From positions 372,001 to 436,000 of the forward strand of contig JAPETS010000017.1 of assembly GCA_026023565.1 (NCBI GenBank): a stretch of 64,000 bases of DNA, written 5' to 3'. Source of the DNA: Cirrosporium novae-zelandiae (Eukaryota). Position 1 is the stretch's first letter. Every line of letters starts with the position of its first letter. The notes under the pieces are model-generated. The model was given only the letters and a program-made list of their open reading frames with translations, did no database searches and was not told where the DNA came from. Of this stretch, positions 23,922 through 35,585 are shown one piece after another. The position numbers and the translations under genes are program-made.

Positions 23922-24858
23922 TGGGAGGGGGGATGGGGGAGGGAAGAGATGGGGGAAGGGAGAAGGAGGAGAAGGGGGAAAAGGGGGATTCAATTGCAAT
24001 TGCCGAAAAACTACCTAGGTAATGACGCATGTACTGTACATGTAATTCTCATCTATTTGCATGTATGTGGTATATGTGTGTGTGCGTGTGTGTAGGGGGC
24101 TAGTTAATTGATGTAGAACATATGTCTAGCGAAGGAGAAGGGACTGGGAGGAGAGGGGAAAAAGGGGTGTGGGGTGTCTATCTACCTAGAGATGGGAGCG
24201 GGGATCCACCTCCTTGCTCGCCTTGATGCCTCCCTTCTCCAATTACTTCAAACCACCCTACCTACCTACCTACTTCCCACTTCCCCATCTATACTTCCCC
24301 ATTTACCTATCTATCTATGGGTTACCTAAATAATTAATTGATACTTGATGTAGAATATATATCTAGCAAAGGAGAAGGAGAAAGAGAGGGAAAGAAGGGA
24401 AAAGGAGGAAGAGTGGCTATTTGCTGCTGATTAGATTTGTATTAGATCATTGACATTATTACGAGAATGGGAATTGAAATAACCATTCTACCATCCTCCC
24501 ATCCCTTGATCCCCCACCATGTTAACCATCTATTCAAAATATCCAAAAGCTTCATATCCATTACCCATACCCATAGCTCTATGCATAACCCCTATCATAT
24601 ATAGACTAAGATATGTTTATGTTTATAGTCTCTATACCAAATGAGATTAAGATTCGGTATGAGGGTTGAGGGTGTATATATGTATGTATGTATGTATGTA
24701 ATCCCAGTTTAGACGCACAATCGATTATATAATTACGTAAGCCGAGAATCACCTTTCTATGTACGATATGTAGTACTGTCTGTACATGTATACGTATATA
24801 CGTTACACAACCGTGCAGATATATGCAGCCAAGTCCCTTGGTGCTCAGTATTAATTCC

Positions 24859-24942
24859 CCCCATTCCCCATTCCCCATTCCCCATTCCCCATTCCCCATT
24901 CCCCATTCCCCATTCCCCATTCCCCATTCCCCATTCCCCATT
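24859..24942 (+). repeat. (CCCCATT)12 heptamer tandem repeat
   Basis: Twelve perfect units read directly. Confidence 0.95.
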
Positions 24943-25499
24943 CCCCCCCCCCTCTCTCTCCATCATCCCCACCATTTATCCAAAAGCTCATAGATATATA
25001 AGATAACATCTAGACTATGTTTATATATATATATATATACACAAATGAGGGTGCGTGAGATCCCACCCAGCATCCAGCATCCAGCATCCAGCATCCAGTT
25101 TACTCAAGTATCTAAATGTACACAATCGATTGTAATACAAATACGTAAGCTGAGACCCTCACCTTTCATTCGTGATACCATGTATACGTATCCGTTACAC
25201 AAAACCCCACACCCCCATCCATCCACTCACAAACCCCCACAAACTCCAATATTTAATCTCCCCCCCCCCCCCCCCCCCCCCAACCCCTAACAAGCCCACA
25301 AATTCGCTGCAGAAAGACACTGCAGATCTATTGCAGATATATCTACCGCGGATTATGCAACCAAGGTGAAGGATTCGGAATACGGAATATATTCCCCCAT
25401 TCCCTTCCCATTTCTTGGTATGGGGAAGTAAGTAATTACTGTACTGCAAAAAAAAAAAAAAAAAATGACGGGGGGTTCTAGAAAAATTGATGAGAAGTG

Positions 25500-25750
25500 A
25501 TGGAAATGTGGAAGGGTGTGGATATAGTGTTACAAAATATTGGAAATGGTATTACGGAAGTTGTGGAAGTGTTCAAGGGCCTCAAGAAATGAAATGGTGC
25601 AAGTGTTGTTTGTGGAAGTTGTGTTAAGAAGGGGGGTTACGAAGTAATGGACGTGTGGACGTGTGGACGTGTGGAAGTTGTGTTACGAAATATAGAAGTG
25701 TGTGGACATGTTACGAAATAATAGAAGTGTAGACGTGTGGACGTGTGTTA
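25500..25750 (+). repeat. Degenerate GTGGAAGT/GTGGACGT minisatellite
   Basis: Recurrent gtggaagt, gtggacgt and gttacgaa units. Confidence 0.6.
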
Positions 25751-26264
25751 ACGAACGTACGTATGAATGATCTTCGTCAACTATGGCGCGGCGCTGTGAT
25801 AGATGGCTTGTCTTGTTATGGTTGGTGGTGGTGGCGGTGTGGTATATCATCATCGTCATTATTATCATTATCATTTAAGATAATAAATAATAGATAGATA
25901 GGTAGCACACATCGTGTCAAGGGAAATGGAAGATGTATTTATTTCTATAATTAAACAGTAAAGCCACTGACTGGTATTTTATATTTATAAAAAAAACCTA
26001 TTACGCGTTCTAGAATGAAGTACCATACACATTACTGGTTCGTTCAAAAATCTTTTTCCATAGTCATTAAACTTTAATTACATTTTTCATTATGCACATT
26101 TCAAGGATCGACCAATTAAGGCTCTCTCTCCCTTTCTTTCGTAAGAAGTAGAGACGATAAAATGCCGAGTCAATCCCCCCCCCCCCCGAAAACAACCGAT
26201 AGAATAAATTAGTGATTCCATAAGCCCCTCCCCTCCCAAAATATCTGAACATGTTTCAATTCTT

Positions 26265-26867
26265 TTAACCAGTGATTCCGACGTAAAGACCGATGGGACA
26301 TTCGCCTGAATCTTGGAAATAGGTAAAAGTTGTATCGTTGGTGCAGGTACTTCCACTGACGAGGGTACTTTGGCCATTGAGGAGCTGGCAAGGAGCAGTA
26401 TCAAGTACGTATGCATTACCAGGTGTCATGGTAAGAGGTGGGAAAGATCCGTGTTCACCAGCTGCTGGTTGAGTGTTGTATGTTGTATCCACCGTAGCAC
26501 CTGTGCCTTGTTCGTAGCTATTGAAGACAAAGGTTCCGGGACCACTGAATGTGTACGACGACGTTTGCAGTTGAGATTGCGTTGGGAAGAAGAACTCGAG
26601 GCTGCAGTTCTTGCCTTCAGCATCGGCGGGAATGTCAAAGTTGAAGATGGTACAGAAGTCATTTGGTGTGAATTCTGGTGAGTAGACTGTCCCATATGCA
26701 GTATCTGGATTGGAAGCACTAATAGGGACAATGAGGTGAGGAAAGAGGTAGTTGGCCTGAAGTTCAGCTGGGCATCCTTCTCGGGCAGCAAGAGGTCTTG
26801 ATCGCACAACGGGACTAGCAAAGGCGGCCCCGATCAAGGTGACGGTGGTTAAGATAGAGGTCTTCAT
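26265..26867 (-). CDS. Secreted But2-like C-terminal domain protein
   Basis: Signal peptide MKTSILTT..., CPAEL...YLFPHLIVPI...PDTAYG, TIFNFDIP....KNCSLEFFFP, YFQD...CPIGLY. Confidence 0.8.
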   Translation of the reverse strand: MKTSILTTVTLIGAAFASPVVRSRPLAAREGCPAELQANYLFPHLIVPISASNPDTAYGTVYSPEFTPNDFCTIFNFDIPADAEGKNCSLEFFFPTQSQLQTSSYTFSGPGTFVFNSYEQGTGATVDTTYNTQPAAGEHGSFPPLTMTPGNAYVLDTAPCQLLNGQSTLVSGSTCTNDTTFTYFQDSGECPIGLYVGITG

Positions 26868-29434
26868 GTTGGCTTGATGTCTATAGATCAACAGAAAAGG
26901 GACTAGCAACAAAGTCTAGATTGAAATTCCAATGAATGATGAAGATAGAAAGGAATGATAAAGGTGGGAACTCCCAGAGCTTTATATGGCATCCAAGGGA
27001 GGTTGAAATCAGACTGCTAGCAAGGGCTATGGGGATACAATCAAAGCATCCAAACATCAACACGAGAATCATGAGCTTCCATCCTAGCAGCACTCACATG
27101 AGACCAGTGACAGTAGGCTAACCGATCAAGAAAACAGCGGTAACATTCGCCAGAAGCAACACATTGGATCCTAAAAGCCAAAGCTGGAAAATTATCTGAA
27201 TGGCGGGAGGTAACATCAGGCAAAGGTAATGTCGAGATCTGCATGGGTTCTCTGCAAGGACCTCAGCTATGCTCCAGTGGGAATCAACGGTAACCAGGAT
27301 GCTTGTTCAACTGGCCAGAGGATCAGCGGTCCCGGGAATTCCTCTTGTAGACTGGTGGCTCGACACTATGTAAACAGTATTTTGAATAACGTTACTCATA
27401 AAGCGGAGGTTGGAGACGGAAGACGGAAGGCAGAATGTGGTGGTCAAAAAAAGGTTGCCTACTAGGAAGCCTGCAGCATGGTCAAGTGTACCCATCGACT
27501 ATCATCTAATAGCTCAGAGCTACTAGAGTCGTCAAAGAGATGAGAAGTAAGCCGGAAAGATTGTATGCTTTAGCCATGTTTTTTTTTTTCCCGTAATAGT
27601 TCATTGGAGGGAGAAGGAGTTGAAGGAGTCGAAAGGGTGGAGAAGGAATGCAAAGTGACAAAGAGAAGTAAATTAGTTATGTCCAAAAGAGGTAAAGAGG
27701 AAGTCTAATCAACTCACCACCGTTGAAGTCCTTTTCGACTCGAGTACTCTCCTGTTCCTGTTGTTGTTCCTTGCTGGTCTCGCTATTCCCGTTCTTGACC
27801 TTGTTCCTGTCCTTGTTCTTGTGCTTGTTCTTCTCGTTGTCAGATTCCTAATAATAGATGCATCCATTCCCATGAAGATCCAATTAACCATAACTTCAAC
27901 TTCGCTTCTAACGTCTCCACAGTTCTGTCATCTATCTTGTCAAATTATTTCCAAGGTTTCCCTCGGCTCTTTCAACTATACGTAGCTAACTAGAATACAA
28001 CGTAATCAAATACAATAAAATGAAATAAAATGAATGAGTGAATAGATGAATGACACTCCCAAAACACCAAGGTCGTGATCCATCGGCTGGCAAGACCCTG
28101 GGGACTGGTTAGATTATCAGCTGTGGGGGCTTGGATAAGTCATTCCCTCGGCTGTCATTTCTCTCCATCACCATCACAGGACTATGATATCAGAATATCA
28201 GCAATACGAGTGGACTAGTATTAATTAGCTTTTCCTTCCATCCTTGAAGTCTGGAAATAAAAAATAAAATTATCATTATTTTTTTGAAACCAAAGAAGTG
28301 ATGAAGCGATGAATTACTTCCAGACTTGGTATTTGGCTTGTTGACTTGGGCTGTTGACTTGATTGTAGAGATTCTTAGGTCGTCTTTGTGAAATGTCCCG
28401 ACCAAATTGCTTAAACAAACGTTCCGTTTCTTTCATCAAATCAAACTGCGGGGGGGCATGCATAAATCAGGTTGTTGCTCTACACCACAAGTACAACCCG
28501 TTACCGATCGACCAAGTCTTTTTTATCTTACTGGACCTATGTGGATATCACCCCCTCAGTTTCTAGGAGCAACCATGCCAGCTGTTCGTTTTATTATGCA
28601 CCAGTCTGCTGATGATGATTATCAATTTCGTATAGATAATTTCAATTCAAGGGTTCAAATAGCCCTGCATTTTCGCTATTGAATTCTTACGCCCCCCCCC
28701 TCCCCCCCAAAAAAAAAGCCTGAGAGGGAGCATCCGCTTTCTGTCATACAGCTCAAATAGCCTCGTTTTGTTTTAGCTTACTTTGTAAATCCTAGAAGCT
28801 TACTTGCAGCTTTTCAATTTACAAAAAGAGGCTCGTAGAATGACTCTTGACTTGTCCCTCTTAACTGGTGGCTGGTTTCGGTGACCGAGAAACAAGATCA
28901 GAGATCAGGGGAAGCAAGGACAAGTGCAAGATTAGGAGAAAGGAAACAAAATGATCTCCTTTTATGCAAAGATAGATGGATGTAAAGAGGAGTAAACACA
29001 TCAGTCTGCCTGACAATCAAATAAATTTTGTCCTACGTCCTAACCATCAAGCAGCGCCTCATCAATGCCACCTTCTGTTGGGAATTCGCACCCACTTGTC
29101 ACTTCCATATGCTTTTCTGCCCACAATAAATGACACCATCTTTGCAGCCACAATTGCTGCTCTCTCAAGTCTGCCATTATCATTGATATATTATGATAGC
29201 TAATTACCTAATGATAAATCTTCTTCATATCCATTGCTATTAACCCTTAGGATCCAATCCAACTAACAATACCACCCGAGTAGAAGCTCTCGAGTAATCA
29301 GAAACCCTATAAAAATTGTAGTTAAGAAGCCCTCTAGGAACCAATCCCAATCAGGCATTCACCCCGAAAGTCATATTGGATGACATCCCATGCTCTGCTA
29401 CCAATTGACACCACCAAACTAGTAAATATCTTCG

Positions 29435-29445
29435 TCATCCTTTGA

Positions 29446-29488
<43 letters not shown>

Positions 29489-30904
29489 CTCCTCTGACTC
29501 CTCCGATCCCGACTCAACGTCTGGTAGTGGTGGCCGGTAAACAAAACCCTTCCCTGGTTTTTTATAGGGGCCAACTAGTCTATCCTCCCAACTAACCCCA
29601 GTCTTAAGATAGAAGAATTTGCGAAATCCCCAGAAAGCTGTTTCAAAGTCACTGCCGATAGGCGCCAATAACTCCGACCCAACATCTTTGCCTTTGCAGG
29701 AGTGTTTCATGAAACACGCGTATTTGAGTGGCACCATATTAGACTCGTATATCTGGATGCACTGAGCCAACGGGTTCATGACAAAGGCACGTGGAGGAGG
29801 GTGAATGGGACGAATGATATGGGCAATCGGGGCATAGTGATCACGGACAGAGGTGCTGATGAAGGAGGGAAGGCAAAGACCAACCTTCAGTTGATGGCGT
29901 TCGTTAGTATTTGTTGTTAGCTCGATGCGAACTAGAGTTATAGAGTACACAAATCCCGTAGGATCGTGATAAAGGTGGTATCCATCTAGTATGAAGATCG
30001 TTAACTTGAACAAGGAAATGTTTGAAAGAAATGATACCTGCACACATGTCCTCTTTGAACTGTTCAACACCTGCCTTGAAGTCTTTGGCTTCGTTGTGCA
30101 TTTGTTAGTCAGTCACCCAGTTTATTCTGTCTGTATATAGGTGAAATGATGGCATCGCAATATCATGCGAATGAAATAATCCTAGAAGTGAGATACAGAA
30201 TATGGAAGACAGCATTATGCAAAGAACCTTGTTCAAATTATGTCGTCTCGAGAAACGATTAAAAGTCTAGGGTAAATGGGTTCGCACTGAGGAAGTGTCA
30301 AGCAAACGGTATATGAGAATATCACTAAAGCGGCTGGATAGAGTATTTGGAATAATAACATGAAGGTGAGTAGTAGAGTATCATGATCGAAGGAAGCAAG
30401 CCATTGATCAGAGCTCAATATAAGTAGCCTAGCATTGACTTACTAGCCTTCTTTAGCACCTTTTGTTTCTCTTGTTCCCTCCGTCGTTTCCCCTTTTCTT
30501 TCTGCCGTTCCCTCATCTCTTTCTCCTTGTCCTTTGTATTGGTAGTCTGTCCCTTCGTCCTAATTTTCCATAGATAGCTGCGTTCACGCTGTTTGGAGCC
30601 TTTCATTAAGCTATCTTCCAACCAATCAAAAGTGACAACTTTGGTAGGATTGTGGGCAAGAGCAGCTTTAACTATAACCTGATGAATAAGGGAAATAGAT
30701 GTAGACAGACAACCTACCAATCCCGCTTTTCTTTTTGTAGGCATCCTTACTACAGATTAGATGTGTAACACTTTCGTCCCAAGTTTTAACGTAGGTTCCT
30801 CCATTGACCTCGCACCATCTTTTGATGTCCTCGTAAGTTTTCTTCTCACCGAAATTGCCAAAGGCCGCAATGGTGGTGCTTTTCAGACAGTCTTTTTTGC
30901 CCAT
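29435..30904 (-). CDS. BRCT plus WGR-like domain protein with acidic tail
   Basis: BRCT: IKRW...NGG.Y......VTHLI, VVTFDWLEDSL; C-terminal GYHLY.D.TGF.Y.ITL.R, F..FRKFF..KTGVSWEDR; multi-exon, including a ~350-nt intron 30089-30443. Confidence 0.75.
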
Positions 30905-31559
30905 TATGTCAAGATTGGTTGGCACAGAAGTGAGTAAGTAGCAGTCTGAAGGAATAAGTTTCTTGGAGCGAAATAATCGAAACTCCAATAGTGGAAGGCT
31001 GTAGGTGCTTTTAGATACTGAAGTAATGTTGAAGGAGAACGACCAAGCTCAAATGGCTGGGCTGTCTGAAATGATTGTGGCAAAGTGTGTTGGAAAAGTT
31101 TCCTTTCAACCGATAGTAATTGAACCTTCTGAAATGGTGGGTTGTGAAAAGGAGATGGTATGAAACTGCAAGAAAGATTGGTAGTTATTGTCGTTCGAAG
31201 GTTTAATTTGATATTGTGTTAAGATAATAATGAGTTGGGAGAATAAGAATATAAGGGACAGTAAAGAGAAAAATAAGCCAAGTCAGGCTTACAAACAAAA
31301 TAAGATGAAGATAGATCTTGGAGAATCAAGTCCTCCTAAAGCCTATATGAGCGAATGGATATCTTGTTTCGACAGGAGTATCGGCATTCGCCAAAGACGA
31401 GCTATATCCTCAATCCGTGAGGTTCTCAATCCAACTCTGCAAATATTGATATGCCAAGTAGGCCGTGAGCTTTCATTAGTGGAATTAAGTATTTTCTAGT
31501 TTGTTACCCAGAGAGAGACAGAAGGACAATATCATTAGTATCGTCGAGAGTAAAATAGC

Positions 31560-33925
31560 TCATCTAAACTTTTTGGCCGCCGCAATAAACGCCTCAATTT
31601 TCTCAATACTTTGGTTCCCCTCTTGGTCCTCGACTCCACTACTAACATCAACTCCTATAACCTTTGAGCTGTACTCTCCAAGTTCGCTCATAACTTGTTG
31701 CACATTATCGGGGGTGAGACCGCCAGCTAATATAACCCTCAAGCCTTGATCTGAAAGCGTCCTCTGAACCTTTGAAGAATCGGTTTTCTGGCCAGAGCCA
31801 CCTCTTCCAGAGTCAAGAAGTGGCATCGTATGGTAACCGCGCATACCTAGTCCGGGTTGGCCAGGATGAAAAGCACGAATTACTGGAACAGGAATTAATT
31901 TTGCCCATTCAATGGGTTCCTGCCCATGAAGTTGCACAACATCCAGACCAAGGACTTTTTGCTGAAGGAGTACATAATCCAAAGGTTGGTTCTGGAATAC
32001 ACCCACAAGTAGAGCATGGGCTTTCCCAATAAATATTTTTGACGCTTGCTGAAAGTAGCTCTGAGTAGAAATTGTATTTTCTAGATCTTCATGTCCGCCG
32101 GGCTTTGGTAGAGTATGGACAACACTTGATATTTCGAGGGCGACTTCTTTGGAGACGCATCTTTTCCGATCGGGCGCCAATATTATGCCTATCATATCAG
32201 CACTAGCCTGAATTGCGGATTTTGCAGCTTGTGCGCTTCTTGTTCCACATACTTTAACTAAGAGTGAATGGGGATCGTTTAATTCAGTCTTGAGATCTGG
32301 TCCTCCAAGTAGTTCACGGGTGAAGGTCAAAGTATCACTAGCTCGCATGAGGGCTTCTCCAACCAAAACAGCCTTTACTCCTTGGCTCTTGTAGCTTTCA
32401 ACATCTTTTGGTCCAAAGATTCCACTTAATGCGCAAACAACGGTGTCTTTTGGTACTTTATCCATCAATCGGCTAGTTGTCCCTAAATCGACCTCAAAGC
32501 TTGTTAGGTCCCTATTATTAACCCCAATCACCTTTGCACCAAGTTTGACTGCGATATCCATTTCCTCTGCAGTATTGACTTCAACAAGAGGCTCCATCAA
32601 AAGACTGCACGAGTAATTGTAAAGCCTGGACAGGGTTTCTTCGTCGAGCATCTTTACGATCAGTAAGACTGTGTCAGCACCCGCAAGCCTGGCTTCTAAA
32701 ATTTGATACTCCTCAAAAATGAATTCCTTGCGGAGGATGGCTGGACGATTCGGCATCCCCTCTACGGCTTGCCGGGCCCTCCGAAGGTCCTCAATGGATC
32801 CCTTGAACCACTCAGGCTCTGTAAGGACTGAGATCACACTCGCGCCAGCTGAGGCATATAATCTCGCTTGTTCCGGGGCGGAGTGTGTTAACGAAATGGT
32901 TCCTTTAGATGGCGATGCACGTTTGAACTCTGCCATCAAGGATATGGGAAATGGCGATCTCTTTAGCCGTTGGAGAAAGGGAATTGGGGGTGGGCAGAGA
33001 TTGAGGTCATACGCATTTTGGAGATCTATGGGGCGTTGAGATGGAATCTCTTTTTGAGCGGCAATAGCTATCCTCCGACGTGCGTATATTTTTTCCAAGA
33101 TTGAAGTCTTCTTATCTTTCGGCTGAGTGTCAGTGCCATCGATAGCTGCAGCTTGTGTCTTATTTCCTTGAGCCTGTGATGTCAAAATGTGTTTGTTCTC
33201 CTTCCAAGTCCCCCCTTGCATGTGCAGGAAATTTCTAAGCATCTTCCTGCCCTCTTGTGTTAGGATACTCTCCGGATGGAATTGGACGCCTTCAACCACA
33301 AATTCTTTATGCCGGACACCCATTATGATATTATCATCCGGATCGGGTCCTTTCTTTATCCAGGAGCTGACCTCTAGGCATTCGGGTAGGGTTGGGTATA
33401 TACCAGCTAGTGAATGATAGCGAGTAACGGGAAGGTCCTGAGGGAGACCGGCATACATGCCTTTCGAATCATGTTTTAGAGGAGAGGTTTTCCCATGTAG
33501 AATCTCTCCGGCGATATTGACTTCCCCGCCAAACTCGGCGAATATACATTGCCTTCAAGTAGTTAGCTCAATCGATTCTTTAAACCGTAACCGAGAAAGA
33601 CCAACTGTCCCATACAAACACCAAGCACTGGTATCTTTCCGCTAAAGTATTTGATCGCGGCTCTGCTTATGCCCGCATCTGTATCTGGATGGCCTGGTCC
33701 TGGACTTATGACTAGTTGGGTGGGCTTCTTCGCAATAAGTTCGTCGAGCGTAATCTTATCATTTCGATATACGGTGACACTCGCTCCTTCAAGTACAAGG
33801 TATTGGTATACATTCCATGTAAAGGAGTCATAGTTATCGATAAGAATCAAGTTTGATGCGCTTTCCAGCTGTCGAGAGGCCGTTGGATGGTGGGGAGAAT
33901 GATCAATTAAGTCTGGTAGGGACAT
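31560..33925 (-). CDS. trpC: Trifunctional tryptophan biosynthesis protein (anthranilate synthase GATase / IGPS / PRAI)
   Basis: [79 protein letters not shown]; one intron near 33550-33610. Confidence 0.98.
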
Positions 33926-34020
33926 TTTTGCGGTCGTTGAAAAGTGCTATGATTTAAATGGGTTAGAGTATGTATTAACCCATAAATTTGAGGATTGTGA
34001 GGATGTATTCACCCGGATCT

Positions 34021-34088
34021 TGACTCAATCTTCAGTGCGCATAAAGAAAATAATACGAGCTCATACATTGGAATGTAATATTGACTCA
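34021..34088. promoter_or_regulatory. Two Gcn4/CpcA-type TGACTCA elements upstream of trpC
   Basis: TGACTCA at 34021-34027 and 34082-34088, about 100-160 bp upstream of the trpC ATG. Confidence 0.7.
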
Positions 34089-34544
34089 TCCCCCCGCCGC
34101 TAAATTGACCTCCGAGCTAGCCCCTCATGTAACGTCATTACAGGGCTATTTGTTCTGTTTGGTTTCTCCGAGAAATAGAAAATGGTCCAATGTTTCTCCA
34201 CAATCAGTATAAAAATATCTTCTTTGTTATATATTTTTGAGTGATATTCTACGCACTTTTAGAAAAATGAACCAATAGAGAAAATCAGGTTTAAGATGAG
34301 ATAGATCCCACACTAATACCCCCTACAAAATTTCAGAGTTAATGATTAAAAATTAGAAACAGTGGTTTGAAGAATATCCTGATTGAAGCCATAGATGGCG
34401 ATTCAGTTCTATCCATTAATTACCTAGGTAGATAACCATTGTACGAGACTCATGAGGAAACCATGATGATCTTCACCTTGTATACAGAAAAGAACGGCTC
34501 GTCATGCAACAAGTGAGAGAAACGATCCCAAGATGTTAACCTCA

Positions 34545-35174
34545 TCACCAGTAATTTATCCATCCTTGGTCGCATGCCCGACATTCTGTCTGATTTTCCC
34601 GATACCATCCCTCAGTCTCAGCTTCAAAGCCCCATTTGAATTCGCGACATCGACAACAAAACAATGCAGGATAGTTATCAGGATCAAATCGGTTGCTGCC
34701 GTGAGCAATAAAGCTCTTCCAGATTCCATCATAGCACTGTCTACAACACCGCCCATAGGCTTTATCCCCCCCTTTCTTCTTTTCCCACTCTGAAGAATCA
34801 AACTCCGGCCTCGGCAGTAGGCGCAAACATCCATAGCAGGTGAGTGCTTTACCCTTAGTTTCTTGACCAATAGGCGTAGGCCAGTTTTCCGCGAATCGTA
34901 GGTACTCCCAAACCTGCTGTCGTCCAACACTACTAGTTTTCTCGACAAGGAGGCCGTGGAAGTATTGATTGGCTTGCTTGAGTGTTAAAAGAGTGGTGAG
35001 TGGAAGGAATGCGATTATGTGATCGATTAGCTCTTGAGGTAGGTCAAGGAGATCACTCCGTCGTTTTCGTGAAATTATCGTCGAAGACTGAGATGACGAT
35101 GTTTTGGATGATTGTGACGAAAGTATTTTTGATAATTGAGGTGAGGAAATTCTAGATGTTTTGGTGGATGACAT
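34545..35174 (-). CDS. F-box domain protein with Cys-rich C-terminus
   Basis: LLDLPQELIDHIIAFLP...LL.LKQAN.YF F-box; CYGCLRL.P..EF, RCCRQC, CCRC, CRAC motifs. Confidence 0.75.
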   Translation of the reverse strand: MSSTKTSRISSPQLSKILSSQSSKTSSSQSSTIISRKRRSDLLDLPQELIDHIIAFLPLTTLLTLKQANQYFHGLLVEKTSSVGRQQVWEYLRFAENWPTPIGQETKGKALTCYGCLRLLPRPEFDSSEWEKKKGGDKAYGRCCRQCYDGIWKSFIAHGSNRFDPDNYPALFCCRCREFKWGFEAETEGWYRENQTECRACDQGWINYW

Positions 35175-35585
35175 CCTGAATGGCTGCAATGGAGAAGGGG
35201 ATCGAGGGCACTAAAGCATCATTGCTTCAACAAGAAGCTGAGGGAGATCAGACATTTGGAGAGGATATAAGTATTTCAAGTTGATTGAGGTGAGATTTTA
35301 CTGAATACTTATATTTGTCTTTATTCAGAAATTTAAAGTCATTCGTACAAAAAGTGTATGGTGCTCAGGACTAAATTTTATTTTAACAAGCAGGTATCAG
35401 TGTCAATCATTACCAGTCCTTGTACACTCTACTCCATACACCAACATCATTTCAGTAAGGCAATCCTGAAACGTCCTCAGCCAGTATCTCATTTTCATTA
35501 CCCTGTTTAGAATCTTTATACGTGTCTTAATCAGTATGCCAGTCGTCACATATCGAAGTCATGAATTCCTCATACAACTGCCTAA

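Noticed and set aside
24606..24975. ORFs with MGNGEWG repeats
   Set aside because: Translation artefact of the (CCCCATT)n array
25500..25750. Repeat-spacer (CRISPR-like) array
   Set aside because: Short irregular units with no unique spacers; eukaryotic minisatellite
27710..27980. Exon-like K/N/E/Q-rich segment on the minus strand with a GTGAGT donor
   Set aside because: In-frame stops, no start and no recognisable family; at most a relic
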